DNA from: Bacillus subtilis subsp. subtilis str. 168
GTDB lineage: Bacteria > Bacillota > Bacilli > Bacillales > Bacillaceae
Direction of reading: 5' to 3'
NCBI RefSeq assembly: GCF_000009045.1
Contig: NC_000964.3
Location: forward strand, 1,530,001 to 1,562,000
Length of the DNA stretch: 32,000 bases
Part shown: positions 1 through 8,769 of the stretch, in pieces
How positions within the stretch are numbered: position 1 is the first letter of the stretch
Layout: each line of letters opens with the position of its first letter
The notes under the pieces: model-generated
What the model saw: only the letters and a program-made list of their open reading frames with translations
Databases searched by the model: none
What the model was told of the DNA's origin: nothing
Translations under genes and position numbers: made by a program

Positions 1-422
1 AAGAAGAATACACAATTGAGCTTGGAAAAGCTGACGTGAAACGTGAAGGTACTGATCTTTCAATCATCACTTACGGCGCAATGGTTCATGAATCATTAAA
101 AGCTGCTGATGAGCTTGAAAAAGACGGCATTTCTGCTGAAGTTGTCGACCTTCGTACAGTAAGCCCACTTGATATCGATACAATTATCGCCTCTGTAGAA
201 AAAACAGGACGCGCGATTGTCGTTCAAGAGGCACAAAAACAAGCCGGTATTGCTGCAAACGTAGTAGCAGAAATTAATGACCGTGCGATCCTGAGCTTGG
301 AAGCACCTGTACTTCGCGTTGCAGCGCCAGATACAGTATTTCCTTTCTCTCAAGCGGAGAGCGTATGGCTTCCAAACCATAAAGACGTTCTTGAAACAGC
401 AAGAAAAGTGCTTGAATTTTAA
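1..422 (+). CDS. pdhB: Pyruvate dehydrogenase E1 beta subunit, C-terminal fragment (5' end lies outside the window)
   Basis: The reading frame is open from the window edge (codons phased on position 3) to TAA at 420-422. The translation [57 protein letters not shown] is typical of the transketolase C-terminal domain of E1-beta. It sits directly upstream of the E2 and E3 genes. Confidence 0.93.
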   Translation, partial: EEYTIELGKADVKREGTDLSIITYGAMVHESLKAADELEKDGISAEVVDLRTVSPLDIDTIIASVEKTGRAIVVQEAQKQAGIAANVVAEINDRAILSLEAPVLRVAAPDTVFPFSQAESVWLPNHKDVLETARKVLEF

Positions 423-536
423 TCAAACTGCATAATCGAGAGGGAAGATGAACGTTTTCCCTCTATTATATATCTGTTTTCAATGCTTACGATGTAAACT
501 TTAAAATTGCTTAATCAAACTAGGAGGTCGAGAACT

Positions 537-1865
537 GTGGCATTTGAATTTAAACTTCCAGATATCGGGGAAGGTATCCACGAAGGCGAAATCGTAAAAT
601 GGTTTGTCAAGCCTAACGACGAGGTAGACGAAGATGATGTACTGGCTGAAGTCCAAAATGATAAAGCAGTAGTAGAAATTCCTTCACCTGTTAAAGGAAA
701 AGTATTAGAATTAAAAGTTGAAGAGGGAACGGTTGCAACTGTTGGACAAACGATTATTACGTTTGATGCACCTGGTTACGAAGATCTTCAATTTAAAGGC
801 AGCGACGAGTCTGACGATGCGAAAACTGAAGCACAAGTTCAGTCAACTGCAGAAGCTGGACAAGACGTTGCGAAAGAAGAGCAAGCTCAAGAGCCTGCAA
901 AAGCTACTGGCGCAGGACAGCAGGATCAAGCTGAAGTTGACCCGAACAAACGCGTGATCGCTATGCCTTCCGTACGTAAATATGCACGTGAAAAAGGTGT
1001 AGACATCCGTAAGGTTACTGGTTCAGGCAACAACGGACGTGTTGTAAAAGAAGATATCGACAGCTTTGTAAACGGAGGAGCGCAAGAAGCTGCACCGCAA
1101 GAAACAGCTGCACCACAAGAAACAGCTGCTAAACCGGCTGCTGCACCAGCTCCAGAGGGCGAATTCCCAGAAACACGCGAAAAAATGAGCGGTATCCGTA
1201 AAGCAATTGCAAAAGCGATGGTTAACTCTAAACACACTGCTCCTCACGTAACGTTAATGGACGAAGTGGACGTAACAAACCTTGTTGCACATCGTAAACA
1301 GTTCAAACAGGTTGCTGCTGATCAAGGAATCAAGCTGACTTACTTGCCTTACGTTGTAAAAGCTCTTACATCTGCACTGAAAAAATTCCCTGTTTTAAAC
1401 ACGTCAATTGACGATAAAACAGATGAAGTCATCCAAAAACATTACTTCAACATCGGTATCGCTGCTGACACTGAAAAAGGCTTGCTTGTACCGGTTGTGA
1501 AAAATGCAGATCGTAAATCTGTCTTTGAAATTTCTGATGAAATCAATGGCCTTGCAACAAAAGCTCGTGAAGGCAAGCTTGCTCCAGCTGAAATGAAAGG
1601 CGCATCTTGCACAATTACAAACATCGGTTCTGCCGGCGGACAATGGTTCACTCCGGTTATCAACCATCCAGAAGTTGCGATTCTTGGTATCGGACGCATT
1701 GCAGAAAAAGCGATTGTTCGTGATGGCGAAATCGTAGCAGCTCCAGTCTTAGCTCTTTCTCTCAGCTTCGACCACCGTATGATCGACGGAGCAACTGCGC
1801 AAAATGCATTAAATCACATCAAGCGTTTACTGAACGATCCACAATTAATTTTAATGGAGGCGTAA
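537..1865 (+). CDS. pdhC: Dihydrolipoamide acetyltransferase (E2) of the pyruvate dehydrogenase complex, 442 aa
   Basis: GTG at 537 lies 8 nt after AGGAGG (523-528); the TTG at 507 used by the ORF track has no SD. The protein has a lipoyl domain with the DKA lipoyl-lysine motif ([11 protein letters not shown]) and an Ala/Pro/Gln-rich linker. It also has a peripheral subunit-binding domain ([19 protein letters not shown]) and the catalytic DHRMIDGA motif. Confidence 0.95.
   Translation: MAFEFKLPDIGEGIHEGEIVKWFVKPNDEVDEDDVLAEVQNDKAVVEIPSPVKGKVLELKVEEGTVATVGQTIITFDAPGYEDLQFKGSDESDDAKTEAQVQSTAEAGQDVAKEEQAQEPAKATGAGQQDQAEVDPNKRVIAMPSVRKYAREKGVDIRKVTGSGNNGRVVKEDIDSFVNGGAQEAAPQETAAPQETAAKPAAAPAPEGEFPETREKMSGIRKAIAKAMVNSKHTAPHVTLMDEVDVTNLVAHRKQFKQVAADQGIKLTYLPYVVKALTSALKKFPVLNTSIDDKTDEVIQKHYFNIGIAADTEKGLLVPVVKNADRKSVFEISDEINGLATKAREGKLAPAEMKGASCTITNIGSAGGQWFTPVINHPEVAILGIGRIAEKAIVRDGEIVAAPVLALSLSFDHRMIDGATAQNALNHIKRLLNDPQLILMEA
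1089..1124 (+). repeat. Tandem 18-nt direct repeat (2 copies, 1 mismatch) encoding [12 protein letters not shown] in the second PdhC linker
   Basis: gctgcaccgcaagaaaca (1089-1106) is followed directly by gctgcaccacaagaaaca (1107-1124). Confidence 0.9.
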
Positions 1866-1869
1866 TGTT

Positions 1870-3282
1870 ATGGTAGTAGGAGATTTCCCTATTGAAACAG
1901 ATACTCTTGTAATTGGTGCGGGACCTGGCGGCTATGTAGCTGCCATCCGCGCTGCACAGCTTGGACAAAAAGTAACAGTCGTTGAAAAAGCAACTCTTGG
2001 AGGCGTTTGTCTGAACGTTGGATGTATCCCTTCAAAAGCGCTGATCAATGCAGGTCACCGTTATGAGAATGCAAAACATTCTGATGACATGGGAATCACT
2101 GCTGAGAATGTAACAGTTGATTTCACAAAAGTTCAAGAATGGAAAGCTTCTGTTGTCAACAAGCTTACTGGCGGTGTAGCAGGTCTTCTTAAAGGCAACA
2201 AAGTAGATGTTGTAAAAGGTGAAGCTTACTTTGTAGACAGCAATTCAGTTCGTGTTATGGATGAGAACTCTGCTCAAACATACACGTTTAAAAACGCAAT
2301 CATTGCTACTGGTTCTCGTCCTATCGAATTGCCAAACTTCAAATATAGTGAGCGTGTCCTGAATTCAACTGGCGCTTTGGCTCTTAAAGAAATTCCTAAA
2401 AAGCTCGTTGTTATCGGCGGCGGATACATCGGAACTGAACTTGGAACTGCGTATGCTAACTTCGGTACTGAACTTGTTATTCTTGAAGGCGGAGATGAAA
2501 TTCTTCCTGGCTTCGAAAAACAAATGAGTTCTCTCGTTACACGCAGACTGAAGAAAAAAGGCAACGTTGAAATCCATACAAACGCGATGGCTAAAGGCGT
2601 TGAAGAAAGACCAGACGGCGTAACAGTTACTTTCGAAGTAAAAGGCGAAGAAAAAACTGTTGATGCTGATTACGTATTGATTACAGTAGGACGCCGTCCA
2701 AACACTGATGAGCTTGGTCTTGAGCAAGTCGGTATCGAAATGACGGACCGCGGTATCGTGAAAACTGACAAACAGTGCCGCACAAACGTACCTAACATTT
2801 ATGCAATCGGTGATATCATCGAAGGACCGCCGCTTGCTCATAAAGCATCTTACGAAGGTAAAATCGCTGCAGAAGCTATCGCTGGAGAGCCTGCAGAAAT
2901 CGATTACCTTGGTATTCCTGCGGTTGTTTTCTCTGAGCCTGAACTTGCATCAGTTGGTTACACTGAAGCACAGGCGAAAGAAGAAGGTCTTGACATTGTT
3001 GCTGCTAAATTCCCATTTGCAGCAAACGGCCGCGCGCTTTCTCTTAACGAAACAGACGGCTTCATGAAGCTGATCACTCGTAAAGAGGACGGTCTTGTGA
3101 TCGGTGCGCAAATCGCCGGAGCAAGTGCTTCTGATATGATTTCTGAATTAAGCTTAGCGATTGAAGGCGGCATGACTGCTGAAGATATCGCAATGACAAT
3201 TCACGCTCACCCAACATTGGGCGAAATCACAATGGAAGCTGCTGAAGTGGCAATCGGAAGTCCGATTCACATCGTAAAATAA
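1870..3282 (+). CDS. pdhD: Dihydrolipoyl dehydrogenase (E3), 470 aa
   Basis: ATG lies 4 nt after the pdhC stop. The protein has the FAD-binding GAGPGGY motif, the redox-active disulfide [13 protein letters not shown], a second NAD dinucleotide fold GGGYIGTE and the C-terminal HAHPTLGE interface motif. Confidence 0.96.
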
Positions 3283-3292
3283 TTTTCATATC

Positions 3293-3328
3293 AAAAACAG
3301 CCCCGCTTTGAGCGAGGGCTGTTTTTTT
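3293..3328. terminator. Bidirectional intrinsic terminator shared by pdhD (+) and slp (-)
   Basis: The sequence is AAAAA-CAGCCCCGCT-ttg-AGCGAGGGCTG-TTTTTTT, a GC-rich stem flanked by an A-run and a T-run. The slp stop codon overlaps the T-run. Confidence 0.85.
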
Positions 3329-3701
3329 ATTTTGACAGCACATGCTGTAATGGTTTAATGATGTCTTCTTTCTTTTTCACACATCCCTCGATTTTCACCA
3401 CGACATGGCGCTGATCAACAACCATAAGGGTAGGGACAGTTTCAATCTCATCTTCCCAGCCTTCTTTTTTATCATAGACCTTCATTTTATCTATTTGCTC
3501 GGGATAATCTTTTTCTAAATCAAGCAGTGCATCGTAATAAGGCGCTTCCTGGTCTATTTGGTTCTCATCAGAAAAAAACAGGATTTGTGTATGATGAATG
3601 TTGTCAATCCGGCTTTTTTTCATCGGATTGATGGTGGAAAGCGTACAGCCCGATAAAGCAAATACTATTATCAGCATGGGGAATACCGCGCGATATCGCA
3701 T
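3327..3701 (-). CDS. slp: Small peptidoglycan-associated lipoprotein, 124 aa
   Basis: The N-terminus MRYRAVFPMLIIVFALSGCT carries a signal peptide with an LSGC lipobox. A GAGGAG SD lies upstream of the ATG at 3701. Gene order matches B. subtilis. Confidence 0.88.
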   Translation of the reverse strand: MRYRAVFPMLIIVFALSGCTLSTINPMKKSRIDNIHHTQILFFSDENQIDQEAPYYDALLDLEKDYPEQIDKMKVYDKKEGWEDEIETVPTLMVVDQRHVVVKIEGCVKKKEDIIKPLQHVLSK

Positions 3702-4034
3702 CTATCTTCTCCTCTGTATAAACAGTAGTTAACTAGCTTTAGTTTATCACGAGAGACGGCTTAATCTGCTTCTTGTTACCTAATTGTTATATAATTGAAA
3801 CCGTTTTTAAAGTGAGATTACATATTATATCAATCGTTTAAAATAGCAACCTGGGGTATATTGAATTTTTTGCTGCATTCTTGGATGAAAGTTCAAGAAA
3901 ACGTGCAATTACATTATGTGCTGTGGCATATATATCGAGTAAAGCTTCTGTATGAAGAAGATATTGTATGATGGAAAATGGAAAAACAAGGTGAATATGA
4001 TGATATGAAATAAAATGTGTTATACAGTTTGTTG

Positions 4035-4063
4035 TTGACATTTTAAATGTGACATATTAATAT
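4035..4063 (+). promoter_or_regulatory. Sigma-A type promoter of sr1
   Basis: A perfect TTGACA (4035-4040) is followed by a 17-nt spacer and TAATAT (4058-4063). A perfect TATAAT at 4061-4066 is an alternative -10 with a long 20-nt spacer. Either -10 predicts a start near 4070-4073. Confidence 0.55.
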
Positions 4064-4069
4064 AATAAC

Positions 4070-4276
4070 AACAAAAGAAATTAAGCGTTTTCAAATTTCA
4101 AAGAAATGGGGAATAAGAGATGGGTACGATTGTTTGCCAAGATTGCAACGAAGCCATTCATTACTTTGAAGATGAGAAAGTGACAACATTATATGGAACT
4201 TGCTGCGGACAATGTCAATGTCCTGTTGATGAAGAGTAAAAAAAAGCATGCGGCTTAAAGCCGCATGCTTTTTATT
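4070..4276 (+). ncRNA. sr1: SR1 dual-function small RNA (about 205 nt): base-pairing regulator that also encodes the peptide SR1P
   Basis: This is a promoter-to-terminator unit of about 205 nt in the slp-speA gap. That matches the location and size I recall for B. subtilis SR1. The 5' end is inferred from the promoter and was not mapped. Confidence 0.75.
4120..4239 (+). CDS. sr1p: SR1P, 39-aa cysteine-rich peptide (reported GapA-binding) encoded within SR1
   Basis: ATG at 4120 to TAA at 4237-4239, translated by hand: MGTIVCQDCNEAIHYFEDEKVTTLYGTCCGQCQCPVDEE. It is below the ORF-track length cut-off. It has 6 Cys arranged CxxC...CCxxCxC. The SD is weak (GGGGA, 4108-4112). Confidence 0.75.
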   Translation: MGTIVCQDCNEAIHYFEDEKVTTLYGTCCGQCQCPVDEE

Positions 4277-4280
4277 TTTT
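4238..4280. terminator. Bidirectional intrinsic terminator shared by sr1 (+) and speA (-)
   Basis: The sequence is AAAAAAA-AGCATGCGGC-ttaaa-GCCGCATGCT-TTTTATTTTTT, a perfect 10-11 bp stem. The speA stop at 4279-4281 lies in the T-run. Confidence 0.9.
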
Positions 4281-5751
4281 ATTGAATTGCTTTTTGTTCT
4301 TTGATGACCCGGATCATATGTAAAGTCGAGTCCTCAGGTCCTTGAACAGGGAGGCCTGCGTCAAGGTTTTTAAAAATGTAGCTGATGTTTTCTTCTGTAA
4401 TAATTTCTCCTGGGATGAAGATTGGAATACCAGGCGGATATACCATGACAAATTCAGCAATAATCCGTCCGGATGCTTCTTTTAATGGGATGACTTCCGT
4501 ATTTGCATAGAAAGCATCACGCGGAGTCATTGCCAATAAAGGTATTTCTGGAAGCAGAACCTCAGTTTGCTGATGTGTTACATCTTGTTCTGACATTTGC
4601 TGTGCGATCTCAGTTAAAGCCTCTACAAGCCGGTCTGCATCATTTTGGCTGTCACCAGGAGTGAAAATACACAAAATATTGTACAGATCAGAAAGCTCCA
4701 CCTCAATATTAAAGGATTCACGAAGCCATTTTTCCACGTCATGTCCTGTCAGGCCAAGACTTTTCACAGAGATAATCAATTTTGTCGGATCATAGCTGTA
4801 AGCTGCTTTCGACCCAAGAATCTCAGAACCGACACAATAAATGCCTTCAATCTGATTGAGGCGATCTCTCGTCTGATTGGCAAGCTTGAGTGTTTCCTCA
4901 GCAAGCTGGCGGCCTTCTGTTGCAAGGCGTTTTCTGGCAACATCCAAAGAAGCGAGAAGCAAGTAAGAAGTTGACGTAGTTGTCAGCATGCTCAGGATGG
5001 ATTGCACTCTGTCTTTAGATACAAGGCCTTCTCTCATGTTTAAAATAGAGCTTTGTGTCAGTGATCCGCCCAGCTTGTGTACACTTGTCGCTGCTATGTC
5101 CGCTCCTGCCTGCATAGCCGATAGCGGCAATTCGTCGTGAAAATGAATGTGAACGCCGTGTGCTTCATCCACAAGCACTGGCACATCAAACGAATGAGCG
5201 AGTTCTACGATGCTTTTTAAGTCGGCTGCAACACCGAAATATGTCGGGTTGATGACGAGAAGCCCTTTTGCATCCGGATGCTCGGTAAGCGCCCGTTTAG
5301 CAGATTCAAGTGTAATTCCGTGGGAGATGCCCAATTCATTGTCAATTTCAGGATGAATAAAAATTGGAACCGCTCCGGAAAATACAATAGCTGTCATAAT
5401 TGATTTATGAACATTTCTTGGAATAATAATTTTATCACCAGGTCCGCAAACAGCCATTACCATTGTCATAATGGCGCCGCTTGTTCCTTGAACAGAAAAA
5501 AATGTATGATCCGCTCCAAATGCTTCAGCAGCCAGATCTTGTGCTTGTTTAATAATGCCTTTTGGCGCGTGCAGATCGTCTAATGGTTCAATATTAATCA
5601 AATCTATGCTTAACGCGTTTTCACCGATAAATTGTCTGAATTCTGGGTCCATTCCTGCCCCTTTTTTATGGCCGGGAATGTGGAATTGAACAGGCTGTCT
5701 GCTTGCATGCTTTTTCAGTCCTGTGTATAAGGGTGTTTCATGTTGCGACAA
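4279..5751 (-). CDS. speA: Arginine decarboxylase (PLP-dependent Orn/Lys/Arg decarboxylase family), 490 aa
   Basis: The TTG start at 5751 lies 8 nt after AAAGGTGG. The upstream ATG at 5775 used by the ORF track would overlap that SD. The protein has the PLP-lysine motif SVHKLGG and the N-terminal HIPGHKKG motif. Confidence 0.92.
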   Translation of the reverse strand: MSQHETPLYTGLKKHASRQPVQFHIPGHKKGAGMDPEFRQFIGENALSIDLINIEPLDDLHAPKGIIKQAQDLAAEAFGADHTFFSVQGTSGAIMTMVMAVCGPGDKIIIPRNVHKSIMTAIVFSGAVPIFIHPEIDNELGISHGITLESAKRALTEHPDAKGLLVINPTYFGVAADLKSIVELAHSFDVPVLVDEAHGVHIHFHDELPLSAMQAGADIAATSVHKLGGSLTQSSILNMREGLVSKDRVQSILSMLTTTSTSYLLLASLDVARKRLATEGRQLAEETLKLANQTRDRLNQIEGIYCVGSEILGSKAAYSYDPTKLIISVKSLGLTGHDVEKWLRESFNIEVELSDLYNILCIFTPGDSQNDADRLVEALTEIAQQMSEQDVTHQQTEVLLPEIPLLAMTPRDAFYANTEVIPLKEASGRIIAEFVMVYPPGIPIFIPGEIITEENISYIFKNLDAGLPVQGPEDSTLHMIRVIKEQKAIQ

Positions 5752-5935
5752 TTGTTTTCCCACCTTTGTAATCATACCTATGCATAATAGTGTGTATTAA
5801 AATCAGTTTCTCAACCGTTTTTTAGACGTAAAACAAATGAATTATATTATGAACTTGAAAGAATGTAAAGAACAATTTATGATCAAATGAAGATGCTTTC
5901 TCTTAAGGGAAGTAAATCTACAAGGAGTGAAGAAA

Positions 5936-6202
5936 ATGGAGTATCAATATCCGATGAATGAAGATTGGACAACCGAAGAAGCAGTGGATGTGATTGCATT
6001 TTTCCAGCAGGTTGAGCTTGCATATGAAAAAGGGGCGGATCGTGAAGAACTGCTTAAAGCTTACCGCCGTTTCAAGGAAATTGTACCGGGGAAGGCCGAA
6101 GAAAAAAAGCTATGCGGCGAGTTTGAGGAACAAAGTACATATTCTCCTTATCGCACGGTCAAACAGGCGAGAGAATCTGATCACGCGAAGATTAAGATGT
6201 AA
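5936..6202 (+). CDS. yktA: UPF0223 family small protein, 88 aa
   Basis: ATG at 5936 lies 8 nt after AAGGAG (5922-5927). The GTG at 5927 used by the ORF track overlaps the SD. The sequence MEYQYPMNEDWTTEEAVDVIAFFQQVE is recognised as YktA. Confidence 0.85.
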   Translation: MEYQYPMNEDWTTEEAVDVIAFFQQVELAYEKGADREELLKAYRRFKEIVPGKAEEKKLCGEFEEQSTYSPYRTVKQARESDHAKIKM

Positions 6203-6203
6203 G

Positions 6204-6236
6204 AAAAAGAGCCGGGGGATATCCCGGCTCTTTTTT
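6204..6236. terminator. Bidirectional intrinsic terminator shared by yktA (+) and yktB (-)
   Basis: The sequence is AAAAAGAGCCGGG-ggatat-CCCGGCTCTTTTTT. The yktB stop overlaps the T-run. Confidence 0.88.
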
Positions 6237-6873
6237 ATGCTTGTGTTACTTTTTGGGTGAGACGGTACAGAAAAGCAAGCTGTTTAAAGGCATCGTCGAT
6301 ACGCTGAAGGAATTCCTGGTTATTCATATTCAGCACTTCTTCTTTTTGGAGCTGGATGCCGCATAACAGCTCGGCTTTCTTTACAGTCTGCAAACGCTCA
6401 AACAGTGTCTTCAGCTGTTCCTTGTCCATTTCAGACTGTTTATGTACTCCCGGTTTTGTGTGATCTGCAGACCAAACGAAGCTGTCAGGGATATTTTTCG
6501 TAATGGTTTCTTGGTTCACTTCAAGCAATTTGCCGTATTCTTCTTTGATAGGGGATTCATAAATAATCGCGAACCATACAAAGACGTGGCTTTCCCATAA
6601 ACCAATTTGGAAATGCGGCAGTTTTTTATAGCCTCTTTTGCTGTTTGCGAACGCCACCCAGCTGTCAGCCGGGGGATTGACGGATCTTCTTGCGTGCTTT
6701 GCCACATGCGGAAACATTTCATCTCCGGTTAAAGCTGATAAAGTTGGGGCAAAATGTTCGCCTAGAGCTGTAAGCTTCGGACGGACCGTCTCTTTTAATA
6801 CTTCCATGCGCGCGTCTAAGCCTTCTATTGTAAATGTGTTAAAGTCTTCTTCAGTGAAACGCATTTGTGTCAT
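6235..6873 (-). CDS. yktB: UPF0637/DUF1054 family protein, 212 aa
   Basis: ATG at 6873 is preceded by AAGGAGG with a 7-nt spacer. The sequence [28 protein letters not shown] is recognised as YktB. Confidence 0.88.
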
Positions 6874-7112
6874 GATTTTCCTCCTTCATGCTAAGTATAC
6901 ATATTTTATCACAGTTCATACGAGCTTCAAAAAGATTGAGCGCGTTTGAAGTAAGGAGAAATGTGGTAATAAACGAGTAGGTAAACACACAATTTTCAGA
7001 ATCATGTTGCGCGTAAATAGAACAATCATACGATATAAGAAGTAATCATTGTTGAATGGCAAAATGGGATGCTTTTTTACAAACAAATGATCTCTGGAAG
7101 GGGCGAAAGACA

Positions 7113-7301
7113 ATGAGGCAAGTTGTAAAAGAGGGATTTAAGGAAGAGAAAAACAATCGTGTTGCTGTCTGGAGACTAGAGGTTGATTATGAATTGGCAA
7201 CCCTATATGAAGCAATGCAGAAAGAAAATGAAGAGCAGATTGAACAAAGCAAAAACAAACTTGAGCGACTTAGAAAAGAATGGATTCGTCTTAACGGGTA
7301 A
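7113..7301 (+). CDS. ykzI: Small charged coiled-coil-like protein, 62 aa
   Basis: ATG at 7113 follows GGAAGGGG. The upstream part of the 81-aa ORF (from 7056) has no SD. The start assignment is less certain than for the other genes. Confidence 0.65.
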   Translation: MRQVVKEGFKEEKNNRVAVWRLEVDYELATLYEAMQKENEEQIEQSKNKLERLRKEWIRLNG

Positions 7302-7314
7302 AAAAGCGATAGTG

Positions 7315-7343
7315 AAAACGAACCGCATGAATGGTTCGTTTTT
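7315..7343 (+). terminator. Intrinsic terminator after ykzI
   Basis: The sequence is AAAACGAACC-gcatgaat-GGTTCGTTTTT. Confidence 0.8.
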
Positions 7344-7440
7344 ACGTGAGAAGGGATATTTTTCATTTTCCTTGCTTTTTCATTGCCGTTATCAGTATCC
7401 TATAAAATAAAAGGTCTACATAGAAGAGAGGTACGAACGA

Positions 7441-8238
7441 ATGACAAATTGGACGGAAATCGATGAGATTGCAAAGAAATGGATAAGAGAAGCAGGCGCG
7501 AGAATTACACAATCCATGCATGAAAGCCTGACAATTGAAACGAAATCAAATCCGAATGATTTAGTCACCAATATTGACAAAGAAACCGAAAAGTTTTTCA
7601 TTGATCGAATTCAAGAAACATTTCCGGGACATCGGATACTCGGTGAAGAGGGGCAAGGAGACAAAATCCACTCACTTGAGGGAGTCGTATGGATTATTGA
7701 TCCGATTGATGGGACGATGAATTTTGTGCACCAGCAAAGAAATTTTGCGATTTCCATTGGGATTTTTGAAAACGGTGAAGGTAAAATCGGTTTAATTTAT
7801 GATGTGGTGCACGATGAGTTGTATCACGCATTTAGCGGCAGAGGAGCTTATATGAATGAAACGAAGCTGGCTCCATTAAAAGAAACCGTCATTGAAGAAG
7901 CGATTCTTGCCATTAATGCAACATGGGTAACGGAAAACAGAAGAATTGATCAAAGTGTGTTAGCGCCACTTGTGAAAAGAGTCAGAGGCACACGCTCCTA
8001 CGGTTCTGCCGCTTTAGAGCTGGCAAATGTCGCGGCAGGAAGAATAGATGCTTACATCACGATGCGGCTTGCGCCATGGGACTACGCAGCCGGCTGTGTG
8101 CTGTTAAATGAAGTAGGAGGCACCTATACGACCATTGAAGGAGAGCCGTTTACCTTTTTAGAAAACCACAGTGTGCTAGCCGGAAACCCATCTATACATA
8201 AAACGATATTTGAAGAGTATCTTCATGCTCGGAAGTAG
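7441..8238 (+). CDS. suhB: Inositol monophosphatase family protein, 265 aa
   Basis: IMPase signatures are present: WIIDPIDGTMNF and the C-terminal WDYAAG. The N-terminus MTNWTEIDEIAKKW is recognised as YktC. Confidence 0.92.
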   Translation: MTNWTEIDEIAKKWIREAGARITQSMHESLTIETKSNPNDLVTNIDKETEKFFIDRIQETFPGHRILGEEGQGDKIHSLEGVVWIIDPIDGTMNFVHQQRNFAISIGIFENGEGKIGLIYDVVHDELYHAFSGRGAYMNETKLAPLKETVIEEAILAINATWVTENRRIDQSVLAPLVKRVRGTRSYGSAALELANVAAGRIDAYITMRLAPWDYAAGCVLLNEVGGTYTTIEGEPFTFLENHSVLAGNPSIHKTIFEEYLHARK

Positions 8239-8692
8239 GCCATTTGAGCAGGATGATCTCAGCTTGTTAGAAAAGCTCGCGGAGGCTCATCCTGTATGGA
8301 AAGAGGAGGAGTTTGGAGATAAAGATGCAGAAGACTATATCATTTCCTACTCCATGTACAACGGTTCATGGCTTGTATGGGAAAAAGACGGTATGCCTGT
8401 TGCCGTCAGCTACCATCTCGAGTGGTCTCCTTCAAACGGTAAGCCGTGGCTCGGAACGGTCCTGATTGACCCGGCTGAAGAAAAAAAGGGACATGCGAAG
8501 ATGATCATTGAACAGATCAGCAAATTGCTTAGAGCGAAACATAAAGCGATGTTTGCGGGAGTTCCCATTGAGCGCAGGGAATGGATACTGTTTTTAAGCC
8601 AATGCGGCTTTGAACAGCTGAAAACGGAAAAAGATGAGAAAGGCAAATCATTTATGATCTTGGTGAAGCCTTTAGCAGAAGCTGCCGTATGA
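8225..8692 (+). CDS. ykzC: GNAT-like acetyltransferase-fold protein, about 155 aa
   Basis: The ORF overlaps the 3' end of yktC by 14 nt with ATG at 8225, or by 29 nt with TTG at 8210. The sequence WLGTVLIDPAEEKKGHAKMIIEQI resembles the GNAT acetyl-CoA motif A. The start choice is uncertain. Confidence 0.7.
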   Translation: MLGSRPFEQDDLSLLEKLAEAHPVWKEEEFGDKDAEDYIISYSMYNGSWLVWEKDGMPVAVSYHLEWSPSNGKPWLGTVLIDPAEEKKGHAKMIIEQISKLLRAKHKAMFAGVPIERREWILFLSQCGFEQLKTEKDEKGKSFMILVKPLAEAAV

Positions 8693-8726
8693 TAATGGCA
8701 GCTTATTTGCTGCATGCGGGTTCAAT

Positions 8727-8757
8727 AAAAAGCCTCTCAAACATTGAGAGGCTTCTG
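8727..8757 (-). terminator. Intrinsic terminator of yktD (weak in the + direction for ykzC)
   Basis: The stem is AAGCCTCTCAA-aca-TTGAGAGGCTT. A good T-run exists only on the minus strand (GGCTTTTTTATTG). Confidence 0.8.
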
Positions 8758-8769
8758 ATGATTTGAAAA

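Noticed and set aside
448-498. Short intergenic ORFs that might be leader peptides. They are a 16-codon ORF at 448 in the pdhB-pdhC spacer, 16- and 21-codon ORFs at about 11741-11855 upstream of ylaA, a 27-codon ORF at about 29133 upstream of ctaB, and a 12-codon ORF at 27699.
   Set aside because: SD-like sequences are absent or sit only 2-4 nt from the start codon. I can assess no conservation argument, so they are indistinguishable from chance ORFs in AT-rich spacers.
2365-2841. A 158-aa ORF antisense to pdhD. This stands for the many similar track ORFs inside pdhB, pdhC and pdhD: 96-380, 718-957, 926-1237, 1023-1247, 1404-1699, 2274-2564, 2801-3067 and 2958-3173.
   Set aside because: All lie entirely within, or antisense to, strongly supported conserved genes. 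They lack SD sequences and have low-complexity, Cys/Phe/Ser-rich compositions typical of out-of-frame translation.
3838-4041. A 67-aa minus-strand ORF between slp and sr1.
   Set aside because: No SD precedes its ATG, the ORF overlaps the sr1 -35 region, and the composition is AT-rich intergenic-like. It is most likely spurious.
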